Virus record (IMG/VR): IMGVR_UViG_3300025128_000041
Span: 1 to 57,252 of that record
DNA from: a virus
Lineage: Duplodnaviria; Caudoviricetes
Length of the DNA: 57,252 nt
Strand: one strand, 5' to 3'
The position numbers and the translations under genes are program-made. This document shows positions 46,147 through 56,198 of this stretch, in pieces (position 1 is the stretch's first letter; each line of letters opens with the position of its first letter). Under the pieces are notes generated by a model, which worked only from the letters and a program-made list of their open reading frames with translations, did not search any database and was not told the DNA's origin.

Positions 46147-47999
46147 CGCCTACCATCCTGTCTTACATCCAACCTAACATCGCCTAACCGCCAAGCATTA
46201 TCTACATCTGTGCTTTCCATTCTTACACGCATCTGCCTACCTCTGGCCCTTACATTAGATACGCCATAGTTAGTTGAGTTTGTTACAGTTGTTGATGATT
46301 CAGTAGATAATGTTCCTGTTGCATCACTCCGAGACTTAAGACTGTATGTAATTTCTGGCGAATCATTACTACCTATAAACTCTACATCTGGCAATAAACG
46401 CCTAACAAAAGCAAAATGATCTCCATCATCTATATCAAAATCAGCCGTTTCTAAATACGCAGTCATTGCTGATCCATCTGCGTTATAACCTGTTTCATGG
46501 TTATATACATAACCAGTGCCGCTAGATGTGATAGTTGCCAATGGTACACTTGATGTAGCGCCAGCATCATCCCAAGCTGTTCTTTCTAGGCTTCCAATAG
46601 ACCATGCTTTTTCTACATAGTTATAAGTAACAAAGCTATCTATTGTCGTAGATTCTCCAGTGCAGTAAAACCAACCGACCTCATTAAAAGCCGTATTAGT
46701 AAACCCAAACACTTGTTCTGCTTGTTGTTGATTTAGGTTATCAAATACATAACCAAGAACAGTACATGGAAGAGTTTGAGCTGCGCCCGTATAGATGTAG
46801 AAATTACGGCGATCCATAAAATAAACTACGTTATTAGCATTAACCGCAGCTTTAGGGGAAATCATGCTAATACCTTCTGTTATTAGCGTAGACTTAAATA
46901 TGAATGGTGCGCCAATAAATCTAAGGCTATACAAAGCAACATCAGTCCAAACCAATACTTCTTGCCTTCCTCTAACTGCGCCAATTATTTCTGATCCAGC
47001 AGAAAGCCTTAAATCACCAGCGGTGTTTGTAGTCAAGGGTGTCCATTGAGCGGCATTGCCCTGATCGCACCACCTAATCTGCATTAAATCTATATTGCTT
47101 CCGCCAAAAGGCGTGCATCCAATAGCCAACACATGACGATCTTGAGTGGATACTATAGCGTTTAAACACTCTGAGGGAGGGTTAGAAGCCCCAGATAAAC
47201 TTGATAATGGGACAGCTCTATTTGTTGGATTAGTTGCATCCCAATAATAAAGTCCTCCAGATCTAACGTTAGCAATAAAGTCTTCTCCAAAGTTATCTAT
47301 ATCCCACAACCTTAAGGAGTTAACCATTCCTGATTCTGAATTACCCCACGTACCCCCGCTGTAAGTACCAGAACCCCACCCTGTTCCAGCAACAGCAATA
47401 TCTAATCCAATACTTATTTGATATGCACCAACAGTAGAGCCGCCACCATTTCCTGAGTCACTGGCGTTAGCGGTAACCGTATCTCCTGATGTGTCTTTTG
47501 CAGTAATTGTATAGGTATTAGTGCTAGCTATTGTTGCAATTTCATACTCTTGATTAAGAACAGAGGCTGTAACCAAACCGCCTAAAGTAGCGGCTCCGCT
47601 AAATGTAACAAAGTCTCCCTTGACGGCACCATGAGAAGAGTCTGTTACTGTTAATGTTGATGATCCATTAGTGGCTGCAAAGGTAACATCTCCAGCAGAT
47701 GTTGTAGTTCTTAAAGGCGTTACATCTGTAAAAGAATCCCCTAGCACTTGATACAGCTTTTTACTAGTACCAAGAGCTATATATCTTTGGTTACTTAAAT
47801 TAACCCATTGGTGTATTTTTCTACAAATACCAATAAATGTAGATGTTGATTCATTATATTTTTTTGCCCATCCGCCCATTTTTTCTGCGCGGCCAGAACG
47901 CCATCTAATAAATGACGCATCATAAAAAGCACCTTCATTATTATAGGCGGTGCCTTCTCTCTTTATTCCTGCTTGAAAATTAAATCTTTTTAATGGCAT
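46143..47999 (-). CDS. Tail nozzle / packaged-DNA stabilisation protein
   Basis: 618 aa beta-rich; IRWRSGRAEKMGGW, IRWCDQ, RARGRQ..WRLG..DGRR. Confidence 0.7.
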   Translation of the reverse strand: MPLKRFNFQAGIKREGTAYNNEGAFYDASFIRWRSGRAEKMGGWAKKYNESTSTFIGICRKIHQWVNLSNQRYIALGTSKKLYQVLGDSFTDVTPLRTTTSAGDVTFAATNGSSTLTVTDSSHGAVKGDFVTFSGAATLGGLVTASVLNQEYEIATIASTNTYTITAKDTSGDTVTANASDSGNGGGSTVGAYQISIGLDIAVAGTGWGSGTYSGGTWGNSESGMVNSLRLWDIDNFGEDFIANVRSGGLYYWDATNPTNRAVPLSSLSGASNPPSECLNAIVSTQDRHVLAIGCTPFGGSNIDLMQIRWCDQGNAAQWTPLTTNTAGDLRLSAGSEIIGAVRGRQEVLVWTDVALYSLRFIGAPFIFKSTLITEGISMISPKAAVNANNVVYFMDRRNFYIYTGAAQTLPCTVLGYVFDNLNQQQAEQVFGFTNTAFNEVGWFYCTGESTTIDSFVTYNYVEKAWSIGSLERTAWDDAGATSSVPLATITSSGTGYVYNHETGYNADGSAMTAYLETADFDIDDGDHFAFVRRLLPDVEFIGSNDSPEITYSLKSRSDATGTLSTESSTTVTNSTNYGVSNVRARGRQMRVRMESTDVDNAWRLGDVRLDVRQDGRR

Positions 48000-48002
48000 A
48001 AC

Positions 48003-48266
48003 TTACTTTAATATTACAGTTACCCAACCAGCTAAAGCGGTTGTAAGAACAGTGCCTACAACCAACCAAGCCACCTTTTCCCACCTAGCAGCATGAGCCT
48101 TACTAGCTTCTTTAAGCTCTCTAAGCTCAACAGTGCATTCAGCCCAACGCTCACCACATTCTTTTTCATGCTTTGCAATACGCTCTAATGCCTTTAAAGC
48201 CAGTGCTGTAGGTGTGGTTGGCTTAACAGCTTTTGCTGCCTTAGTCTGAGCTTTCTTTGCTGGCAT
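48003..48266 (-). CDS. Small membrane protein
   Basis: HEKECGERW coiled coil and C-terminal TM. Confidence 0.6.
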   Translation of the reverse strand: MPAKKAQTKAAKAVKPTTPTALALKALERIAKHEKECGERWAECTVELRELKEASKAHAARWEKVAWLVVGTVLTTALAGWVTVILK

Positions 48267-48462
48267 CTTTCTTGATCTCGGCTTGCTTTACATTCGCACT
48301 TGATTGTTTTGCCTTGCCTATATTCAATGCCGCAATCTCCACTATCTTGTATAGCCTTCCAATCAGGGCATCGTCTTTTGGAGTTTCGGTCAAACTGCAT
48401 ACAATGCTAGCAATACAAACAATAGATGTTACAACCGTAATAATATTTGTAAGCGCTTCCAT
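48241..48462 (-). CDS. Holin-like protein
   Basis: N-terminal TM then TETPKDD..LYKIVEIAALNIGKAK. Confidence 0.55.
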   Translation of the reverse strand: MEALTNIITVVTSIVCIASIVCSLTETPKDDALIGRLYKIVEIAALNIGKAKQSSANVKQAEIKKDASKESSD

Positions 48463-48692
48463 TACTGTTGCTCCGCATTAGCTGCTTCTAGCTGCTGCGA
48501 ATACCAATTAAACGCCGCTACATAGGTATCAAGCTGCTTTTGGTTTGCGTTAATTACATTGGTGATCTGCCCAATCTCTTCTCTAAGCTCCTCCATACGA
48601 GAATTTAACATCTCAGGATTAGGGGGAAGCTGAACAACCTCTTCTTCTGGAGCCGTAACTGTAACTGTGTCTTCTTTAATGTCTTGTTCCAT
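48462..48692 (-). CDS. Small coiled-coil protein
   Basis: Tiles the operon. Confidence 0.6.
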   Translation of the reverse strand: MEQDIKEDTVTVTAPEEEVVQLPPNPEMLNSRMEELREEIGQITNVINANQKQLDTYVAAFNWYSQQLEAANAEQQ

Positions 48693-49380
48693 CTTCTTCT
48701 ACCTTCCATACATTTAAGTTTGCAGCGACTGTACGCCGTTCTCCTTCACCCTCAAAGGGGTAAACCATATGTGTTAACCAACTAGGAAACATTAATAGTT
48801 TTCCTACCTCTGGCTTGATAATAAAGCTCTGTGGGGGCGCTAACCGCTCCACATCTAATAAACTATTACGGCCATAGCTAAAGGCCAGACAACCATCTGC
48901 ATTACCACTGGAGTTATATAAGCTGTACTCAGGAGATCCCGCTGTAGGCTGATCTAGGATTTGTTGCGGTACTTTTGTCCATGTGGTGCAGGAGACTCCC
49001 ATAATCGTTTTAGTACCATGATCATGAATAGGATTGTAGTCGCCCATATAAGAATGAACACTCCAAAGCTCATCAGTCATTACCTCCCGATTACCTGTTA
49101 ACGCATTACCAGAAGCAACACAAAACTGCTTCACATAATCCATCGCCAACCCTTGAATCATCGTGTTGAAGTCACTCATCTCTTCACATAAATGATCCAT
49201 CGTAAGCTGCTGTCCGTGACCTATCTGGCCTACTAACGTACCCGCATGACTCTTACGCTCCTCTGCAACCATCAGCTTATCGAGATAAGCGTTTAGATCA
49301 CCCACCATATTCTCAGGTAGCTGAGTCTCCAGCATAAAAACTGCTGGCAGCGTGTGGTATGTATAGGGTTGCGGTTCCAT
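48676..49380 (-). CDS. 2OG-Fe(II) oxygenase
   Basis: DYNPIHDH, LLMFPSWLTHMVYPF, ERRTVAAN. Confidence 0.85.
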   Translation of the reverse strand: MEPQPYTYHTLPAVFMLETQLPENMVGDLNAYLDKLMVAEERKSHAGTLVGQIGHGQQLTMDHLCEEMSDFNTMIQGLAMDYVKQFCVASGNALTGNREVMTDELWSVHSYMGDYNPIHDHGTKTIMGVSCTTWTKVPQQILDQPTAGSPEYSLYNSSGNADGCLAFSYGRNSLLDVERLAPPQSFIIKPEVGKLLMFPSWLTHMVYPFEGEGERRTVAANLNVWKVEEDGTRH

Positions 49381-49721
49381 TAGCTAGGTATCACAAAAGA
49401 GTTATTAGGAACAGGAACTTTAGGCGGGTTTGTAATTACTGAGTCATACTGACTTGCAAATATCTCATCCCACTGGGCCGTTGGGCAAAGATCCTCTAAC
49501 TCTTTCTTAGTCCACTCGCCTTCAGCTTTAGGAGTAAAGTTAGTAGTAGTTGATCCATCTGGATTAGGGTATGTTGCATTAACAAATAGAGTCTTCTCAT
49601 TTTCATAATAATCAGCCTCACCTTCAGTACCTTGCTCATATTTCATAGAAAGGTTCCAAGCCACAACCTTTCCTCCTTCATTGGAAGGAATTGCTCCGAT
49701 TAAAGTCTTTTTAACAGCCAT
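49380..49721 (-). CDS. Tail-fibre-associated protein
   Basis: Directly downstream of the tail fibre; AAGGAG SD. Confidence 0.55.
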   Translation of the reverse strand: MAVKKTLIGAIPSNEGGKVVAWNLSMKYEQGTEGEADYYENEKTLFVNATYPNPDGSTTTNFTPKAEGEWTKKELEDLCPTAQWDEIFASQYDSVITNPPKVPVPNNSFVIPS

Positions 49722-49723
49722 CT

Positions 49724-52672
49724 TTAGTCTCCTTTAAGTTTTTCGACTTCAGCCGAAAGTTCTTGAATTGCTTTAATTAACATGGGTATAACTGCTGTTG
49801 GCCCTACCCTCTGCCTTCCATCAGCCTCATCTTCTGACCACATATCAAACCCATCTTTTAATGATGAATGCTTGTCTATAGCCTCTTTTACTTCTTGAGC
49901 AATAAAACCGTGTTGGTATTCGTCACTGTTATAGCGGTTTTCTGAATCCGCTACATGAGCATTTAACTCTTCGGGTATATCTTTTTCTTTACGATACCTA
50001 AATGTTCTAGGTCTAAGATCATTAATAAAAGATAACCCAACTACTTCGTCTTCAATTTCTTCTTTAATTCGTTCGTCAGAAGGATTAGCCCAAGTAGTGC
50101 CTCCCATAGAACAATTCGTATCAGTTGTGCCGTTACCGAAAACGAAAGTGTTGTTCCCAGTTCCAGTAACCTCTTGTCCCATAACTATTTCATTAGACAC
50201 GGTTGCTGAACTAGTACGAGCAGCCTGACCAATAACTACGTTAGCAGCCCCTGTGGTAAGCAAAACGCTAGAGTTTCCCGCAGAAGATCCTATGAGAATA
50301 TTGTTGTCCCCAGTTGTTAGATTTGAACCACAACTACCTCCTATTGCTATATTATTAACAGCCGAAGTAGCTTGCCACATAGCAGCATAACCAATTCCTA
50401 CGTTATGCTCACCTGTAAGAGCTTTTTGTGCGCCGTAGCCAAGGGCAGTGTTATAGGAAGCTGTTGTATTAGCTAAAAGAGTTTGATAACCAATAGCGAC
50501 ATTAGCTAACCCAGTGGTATTAGCTCTTAATGCCTCTAACCCCATTGCTACGTTATAATAACCTGTAGTGTTACTAAACATAGAGTCAAATCCCATAGAG
50601 GTGTTGTTTGCGCCATTGTTACTATATAAGGCTCTAAAACCAACCGCCGTACCAGCATCTGCCGTAGTATTTGTATACAACGCCTGATGACCAATAGCGG
50701 TCATGCGATCACCTGTTGTGTTACCACTAAGGGCGGTAACGCCTACAGCTACATTGTAATCAGCGGTTGTGTTGCTTTGCAGAGCAGCAGAACCTACAGC
50801 CACATTAGCTGTTCCAGTAGTGTTTGCGTAAAGTGCCAACCTTGCAAGGGCGGTGTTGTTATCAGCGGTGGTATTGCTGTATAAGGCTTTGTAGCCAACA
50901 GCGGTGTTTTCTTGACCTGTGGTGTTTTGTTTAAATGCCTCTGAGCCAGCGGTTGTGTTGTAACCACCTGTAGTAGTATTTTCCATCGAGCCATAACCCA
51001 GAGAGGTGTTGTCACTAGCTGTGGTGTTAGCGTACAACGCATTCATACCCAAGCCTGTGTTATTCCCACCCGTAGTGGTGCTTAACAATGCCTGAGATCC
51101 CACCGCAGTATTCTGAGTGGCTGTCGTGTTGGCCGTTAAAGCAGTATATCCAACTGATGTGTTGTTATTTCCCGTGGTGTTAGCTTTTCCAGCACGAAAA
51201 CCAACAGCAACACCACCTGTTCCTGATGTGTTCCCGCTTAATGTCTCATGACCTACCCCTGTGTTGCCACTTACAGTAGTTTGAGCATCTAACGAACCAT
51301 AACCAATTGCTACATTGTTGCCGCCCGTGGTTAATGCGTCACCAGAGTTAGCTCCAACTAATACGTTAGTTTCACCTGTTGTTATATGATCTCCAGCAAC
51401 GTAACCAATTGCTACGTTCCCACCATTTCCCGTAGTGACCCGTAACAACGCATCTTTACCAACAGCTACGTTAGCAGTTGAAGTAGTGGCTGCACTTAAC
51501 GCATAGTCACCTAATGCAGTGTTAAAAGTACCAGTGGTCAGGGCATCTCCAGCCCTGTGGCCCATAATTGTGTTTTGTGCGCCCGTTGTTATTGAACCGC
51601 CAGCATTAAAACCAACCGCTGTATTAAATCCACCTGCAGTGGCTGAAACCAAAGCACTTGAACCAACCGCTGTGTTTTTATCTGCTGTAGTAGCTGCACT
51701 TAAAGCAACAGTGCCTACTGCCACGTTGTCAGCACCAGTTGTCAAAGCATCTCCTGCACCATAGCCCACCGCTGTGTTATTGTCTGCGGTGGTGGCTGCC
51801 GAAAGTGCTACATATCCAACAGCAACATTCGATGTGCCAGTGGTGTTAGCACCTAAAGCACCATGTCCAATAGCTGTGTTGTTGTTTGCGGTTGTATTGG
51901 CATCTAACGCACCCCCTCCAACAGCAACATTACTTATACCTGTAGTGTTTGCCGTTAAAGCCTGATATCCAACAGCAACATTTTGACCATCAGAACCAGC
52001 GTCTTGTACTTTAAGAGCTTCAAACCCAACTGCGACAGCTCTGCCAGCAGCATCTTCTGTAAGAAGTGCGCTAGAACCAATAGCTACATTATATGATCCA
52101 CCAGTTAAAGCTCCACCAGCGTTGTCGCCAATCAAGGTATTATCAGACCCAGTAGTTAGAGCATCGCCAGAAGCTTCGCCTATAGCCACATTATCTGTAC
52201 CTGTGGTAAGTCCTGTGCCAAACGCACCGCTACCCAGCCCTACATTGCCTGTACCGCCTAGTACGTCTAGGACATCAGTGACCGCTGCACCAGAACCGCC
52301 ACCATCGGTAGCCACCATGCGGATACCGCCGTTTGGTATGACCACATTTGCGCCTGTTCCTGCGGTTAGTGTAACCGTATCGCCAGCGGAGTTTTGTACT
52401 ACCCATACGTTAGAAAGAGTATTTGGAGCTAACGTGACCGTACAAGCCTGTGAGAGAGATCCTGTGAGGGTAAGGGCCATCGAGCGAAAGGCATCACTAG
52501 ATCCATCTGCCATCGTTATGGTAGCGGTACTAGCGTCCGAAAGAGCCTCGCTTCCTGTCCCGAATTTTTCAGCGATTAGCTCCAAATTAGTATTTGTGCT
52601 TGTTCCCCAAGTTCCCGATTCATCGCCAGTGGCGATCTCTTTTAATCTTAAGTCATTAACGTAAGTTGCCAT
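49724..52672 (-). CDS. Tail fibre with ~14-aa repeats and peptidase S74 intramolecular chaperone
   Basis: Many N(T/V)AVG..AL..NTT repeats; C-terminal SDERIKEEI..GFIAQEV..LIKAIQEL. Confidence 0.9.
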   Translation of the reverse strand: MATYVNDLRLKEIATGDESGTWGTSTNTNLELIAEKFGTGSEALSDASTATITMADGSSDAFRSMALTLTGSLSQACTVTLAPNTLSNVWVVQNSAGDTVTLTAGTGANVVIPNGGIRMVATDGGGSGAAVTDVLDVLGGTGNVGLGSGAFGTGLTTGTDNVAIGEASGDALTTGSDNTLIGDNAGGALTGGSYNVAIGSSALLTEDAAGRAVAVGFEALKVQDAGSDGQNVAVGYQALTANTTGISNVAVGGGALDANTTANNNTAIGHGALGANTTGTSNVAVGYVALSAATTADNNTAVGYGAGDALTTGADNVAVGTVALSAATTADKNTAVGSSALVSATAGGFNTAVGFNAGGSITTGAQNTIMGHRAGDALTTGTFNTALGDYALSAATTSTANVAVGKDALLRVTTGNGGNVAIGYVAGDHITTGETNVLVGANSGDALTTGGNNVAIGYGSLDAQTTVSGNTGVGHETLSGNTSGTGGVAVGFRAGKANTTGNNNTSVGYTALTANTTATQNTAVGSQALLSTTTGGNNTGLGMNALYANTTASDNTSLGYGSMENTTTGGYNTTAGSEAFKQNTTGQENTAVGYKALYSNTTADNNTALARLALYANTTGTANVAVGSAALQSNTTADYNVAVGVTALSGNTTGDRMTAIGHQALYTNTTADAGTAVGFRALYSNNGANNTSMGFDSMFSNTTGYYNVAMGLEALRANTTGLANVAIGYQTLLANTTASYNTALGYGAQKALTGEHNVGIGYAAMWQATSAVNNIAIGGSCGSNLTTGDNNILIGSSAGNSSVLLTTGAANVVIGQAARTSSATVSNEIVMGQEVTGTGNNTFVFGNGTTDTNCSMGGTTWANPSDERIKEEIEDEVVGLSFINDLRPRTFRYRKEKDIPEELNAHVADSENRYNSDEYQHGFIAQEVKEAIDKHSSLKDGFDMWSEDEADGRQRVGPTAVIPMLIKAIQELSAEVEKLKGD

Positions 52673-53374
52673 TTATGCTACCTCTTTCCAGTCTGCTGTC
52701 TGGCTATCGTCAATAGCCGTCCAATTTGGTGTTTGACTTGTACTAACTGCTGACCAGCTCGCCGTTTGTGAATCATCAACCAAGCTCCAAATGTTTGGAG
52801 TCGTTGTTGAAACTGTAATTGAATTTCCTGTGACCCCAACAACGGAGTCACCATTGATGCTAACGCTTGCGGTATACGCTGTAAGCGCCGTACTACTAAC
52901 CGTAACTGTATTGCTTGTGATAAGCGTAATAGTTCCAACCGAAACTGTTGCAGCGTTTCCTGTCGGGGATACTGTTGCTGTCCCTGTAGCTGTAACCGAT
53001 CCCAGCCCAACTGTACCAGCGTTACCACTTGGCGATACATTTGCATCAGCCGATACCGAAACCGATCCAACGGATACTGTAGCCGCGCTTCCGCTTGGTG
53101 ATACATTTGCCGTACCCGTGACACTAACCGAACCAACGCTCCCAGTAACAGAATTACCAGAAGGAGAGACATCCGCATCAGCGGATACAGATACTGAGCC
53201 GACAGAGACTGTCGCCGAGTTGCCAGTAAGCGTAACATTTGCATCCGCGCTGACTGAGACAGAGCCGACAGACGTTGTACTAGCCGGGAATGCAGACCCA
53301 TTGCCCCACGTTCCGTCTCCCCATCCGTGAGAGGACGAATTCCATCCATCAAATGCAACTTTAACATCTGCCAC
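52673..53374 (-). CDS. Virion protein with ~20-aa Ser/Val repeats
   Basis: Repeated VSVGSVSVSADANVSPSGN; GWGDGTWG N-terminus. Confidence 0.7.
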   Translation of the reverse strand: MADVKVAFDGWNSSSHGWGDGTWGNGSAFPASTTSVGSVSVSADANVTLTGNSATVSVGSVSVSADADVSPSGNSVTGSVGSVSVTGTANVSPSGSAATVSVGSVSVSADANVSPSGNAGTVGLGSVTATGTATVSPTGNAATVSVGTITLITSNTVTVSSTALTAYTASVSINGDSVVGVTGNSITVSTTTPNIWSLVDDSQTASWSAVSTSQTPNWTAIDDSQTADWKEVA

Positions 53375-53382
53375 ATTATGCC

Positions 53383-53859
53383 TTACGCAATCCTGATTAT
53401 CGCGTTACTTGCATCTGCTGTTGGAAATGCAATGGTAAAGTCACCGCTTGTTGAAGTCTTGTCTGCGCCAAAGTCCAAGACAACTACGGCTCTGTTAGCT
53501 GATCCTGCTGTAGTAGAGGAATTATAAATCAACGCCCCTCTTGCCGTAATTGAACTGCTTGACCAAGTGCTGTCGGCAAAATCGGTTAATGCTGTTGTAC
53601 CTGATGAACTTGGAGTTACATTAGTAAGTGTATTACCGCCAGCGGTATACCCTGTGCCTGTAGCAGAAACCTCGTTAGTCGTTGCATAAGCCGTAGTAGA
53701 CGCTGACATAGTTGCACTACTAGTATACAAAGCAATCTTAAACGTATTGCCTGTACCTGTGGTAGTGGTCGTTCCTCCACCAGAACCGTTCTGAAAATTA
53801 TGAATTCCTTGCAACAGCTCAGATTTAAAGCTCGTGGACACAGCTTGGGTGATAGCCAA
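53383..53859 (-). CDS. Conserved virion structural protein
   Basis: MAITQAVSTSFKSELL..FKIALYT..GYTAGG..TARGALIYN..VLDFGADK. Confidence 0.75.
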   Translation of the reverse strand: MAITQAVSTSFKSELLQGIHNFQNGSGGGTTTTTGTGNTFKIALYTSSATMSASTTAYATTNEVSATGTGYTAGGNTLTNVTPSSSGTTALTDFADSTWSSSSITARGALIYNSSTTAGSANRAVVVLDFGADKTSTSGDFTIAFPTADASNAIIRIA

Positions 53860-53860
53860 T

Positions 53861-54151
53861 TTATAGTCTCCTTATAATATCAGCCATATCTTCATGGCCC
53901 TGTTTACTCAGCATATTATGCAATGTTGTTTGATTGCTTAATATTGCATCCTGACACGCCTGTACTATTACATAATACATACGCTGTTTAAACGCTTCTG
54001 CTTGCGCTTTTAATACTGGATCAGTTCCTTCGGATATGCTAATAATCTTTTCACAAGCTCTTTTCGCAATTTCTTCTGGAGTAAAACCTCTATGCTCTGT
54101 GGTTTCTACGCTTACACTGCCTGATGACATACCTACGTCCATTGTAAACAT
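53861..54151 (-). CDS. Conserved hypothetical protein
   Basis: TTEHRGFTPEE..KIISIS..QAEAFK. Confidence 0.65.
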   Translation of the reverse strand: MFTMDVGMSSGSVSVETTEHRGFTPEEIAKRACEKIISISEGTDPVLKAQAEAFKQRMYYVIVQACQDAILSNQTTLHNMLSKQGHEDMADIIRRL

Positions 54152-54792
54152 CAGCTAGTCCTCATCTTGATTTGGCCTGTACGGTACGCATCAGTTCGAT
54201 CATAACCGTCTGCTTCTAACTTTAATTGCCCTAAAGATGTATCAAATTGATTTTGATATAATTGAATTACATCAGGCTCGCCTTTCATAAATATATAAGC
54301 TTGCACTAACGCTCCATACAACAAGGCATTATCTGCATTAGTTCCAAGCCAGCTTGTTCCATCTCCCGCTGTAGTAATAGATGTTGGTTTATAAAAGTAA
54401 TGAAGCTCTGCCGTATAGTTTGATCCGGGCGTAGGGCCAATTATAAATGTTGTGTCATCAAACAAAGCATAATACTTAGGAACACCTGTAGTAGCGCTTA
54501 CAGGATAAAGCTCACGCATATAGTTAACATCTTTAAATATCAAATACTCATAACCAGAATCATTAATCGCCAATGAATATGGAAACAAAAAGTCTGAAGG
54601 AGTTGATAGATAAGCACTACTAGATGTTAACGTTCCAGTAACATTCTTTCTGAAGTTAGGAAGCTGAACCGTTCTTAGTATCGTTTCTTCTGCTGAAACA
54701 ACAAAACGTGCAATGTTATTGCTAAAGGTTGTCTCAGTATTTTCAGTATAATCTTTAATTGCTTGAGTTAATGTAGTATATGTCCACGCCAT
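54151..54792 (-). CDS. Head-tail adaptor / tail tubular A-like protein
   Basis: TYTTLTQAIKDYTEN, GVPKYYA, GPTP..Y..ELHY, LLYGAL. Confidence 0.7.
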   Translation of the reverse strand: MAWTYTTLTQAIKDYTENTETTFSNNIARFVVSAEETILRTVQLPNFRKNVTGTLTSSSAYLSTPSDFLFPYSLAINDSGYEYLIFKDVNYMRELYPVSATTGVPKYYALFDDTTFIIGPTPGSNYTAELHYFYKPTSITTAGDGTSWLGTNADNALLYGALVQAYIFMKGEPDVIQLYQNQFDTSLGQLKLEADGYDRTDAYRTGQIKMRTS

Positions 54793-55136
54793 TATGATGT
54801 ACTCACTGTTACGTTTCCGGCTTTAACGTGTATATCCAAACCAACAGTCCTGCTACCAAGCTCGCTTATACCACCACCAACAGGATCAAAAGCAAACATT
54901 CTTCTTGAATCAGATAACGCTTTAGGCGGTCTTGGATTTCTAAGAGCTTGAGGATCTGAAATACTCATTCGGCCTAATTCATATTGAGGGTTATCTTTAT
55001 CAAGCTGATCATAACCAACCCTAAAACCAGTATCCCTTCCATCCCTAATTAATGGGACTAAATCACTTAGCTTGTATCTAAAGCCAGTTATATCGCAATA
55101 TCCAAAAGCATACTTGCCGCTAGCATAGATACTCAT
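54792..55136 (-). CDS. Conserved neck-region protein
   Basis: YASGKYAFGYCDITGFRYKL..DPQALRNPRP. Confidence 0.65.
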   Translation of the reverse strand: MSIYASGKYAFGYCDITGFRYKLSDLVPLIRDGRDTGFRVGYDQLDKDNPQYELGRMSISDPQALRNPRPPKALSDSRRMFAFDPVGGGISELGSRTVGLDIHVKAGNVTVSTS

Positions 55137-55828
55137 ACTGTTCTATAGCCTCCCGGCGTAAAGAACAATGATGACTTATCACGATCTGCATCAGCCGCTA
55201 ATGACCATTGCTCTTCATATACCTGCTTTAACATAGGTATTCTATCTGCCGACTCTGGCTTTTTAAGGCTAATTTGATAAGCAAGTCCGGCAACCATACA
55301 TGGCAAATACCTAGCAGGTATATCTACATTATTAGTTGCAGGGCTACCTGTGTCTTCAACCCTTTGCAAATAATAATAAACCAGTGTGTATGTAGCCGTT
55401 GAATCAGGCACAGGCCAAAGGTTCATTGATATTGCTGCCGGATCTTTTTCCAACCAATACTGCAAAGGCTTAGATGACGATAGCTTGTTTGTTAAATGAG
55501 CAAACTGACTAACTGATATTCTAGTTAGCATTTGATCTGTCTGCTTACTAGTATCACCAGCATCGGTTCTTATAAACGCCTCTACAATATCCAACACATC
55601 GCCATCAAAGGTATACCTTGCGGTTCCAGATGTTATTGCTTGAGTGCCTTCTTGAATTGTCCAAAGGTTTAAACCTCTATTTTGCCATTCAAGAAATAAC
55701 AGATCCAAGCTGCGTCTAGCTGTTCTATAGTCATAACCGCTCTTCGCTTCCAACCCAGCACGCTCAAACGACTCTTCGACTATATCTCCAAGATCTAAAT
55801 TAAATGTGTAGGTTCCGCTAGTAGCCAT
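55133..55828 (-). CDS. Head-tail adaptor-like protein
   Basis: EESFERAG..TARRSLDLLFLEWQNRGLNLW..LWPVPD..LPCMVAGLAY. Confidence 0.7.
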   Translation of the reverse strand: MATSGTYTFNLDLGDIVEESFERAGLEAKSGYDYRTARRSLDLLFLEWQNRGLNLWTIQEGTQAITSGTARYTFDGDVLDIVEAFIRTDAGDTSKQTDQMLTRISVSQFAHLTNKLSSSKPLQYWLEKDPAAISMNLWPVPDSTATYTLVYYYLQRVEDTGSPATNNVDIPARYLPCMVAGLAYQISLKKPESADRIPMLKQVYEEQWSLAADADRDKSSLFFTPGGYRTV

Positions 55829-55831
55829 ACT

Positions 55832-56050
55832 TTACTTCTTCGTGGTTTTTTTAGCTGGAGCTTTTTTAACAGCAGGTTCTTTTTTAGGCTCTGCTTTTTT
55901 AGGAGCTAATGCCTTTAGCGCTGCATCTGCTTCCTTCTTTGTATAAGGCCCAACATCCACAACTTCGTCTTCAGCATTTGCAATTTGATATACAGGATCT
56001 CCTGTAAGCAAGCTGTAGCCATTTTCAACTACCTTTAGTTTATCAGCCAT
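55832..56050 (-). CDS. Small protein with Lys/Ala/Pro tail
   Basis: GGAGG SD; KKAEPKKEPAVKKAPAKKTTKK tail. Confidence 0.65.
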   Translation of the reverse strand: MADKLKVVENGYSLLTGDPVYQIANAEDEVVDVGPYTKKEADAALKALAPKKAEPKKEPAVKKAPAKKTTKK

Positions 56051-56062
56051 AATTCCTCCGAA

Positions 56063-56197
56063 TTACTTCTTAGGTCGTTTCTTTTTGTTGACTCCAACCT
56101 TCTTCATTGGCTTGCCAACCATTCTACCGCCCCGCATAGCCTTAGGCCGCTTCTTCTTGTTCACCCCAACTTTCTTCATTGGCTTCTTTCCGGGCAT
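56063..56197 (-). CDS. 44-aa very basic protein with internal duplication (absent from the ORF track)
   Basis: Hand translation MPGKKPMKKVGVNKKKRPKAMRGGRMVGKPMKKVGVNKKKRPKK; AAGGA SD. Confidence 0.75.
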   Translation of the reverse strand: MPGKKPMKKVGVNKKKRPKAMRGGRMVGKPMKKVGVNKKKRPKK

Positions 56198-56198
56198 C

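Noticed and set aside
49724-52672. Diversity-generating retroelement target or invertible tail-fibre cassette
   Set aside because: No reverse transcriptase or invertase recognised and no template/variable repeat pair seen; the repeats are protein-level.
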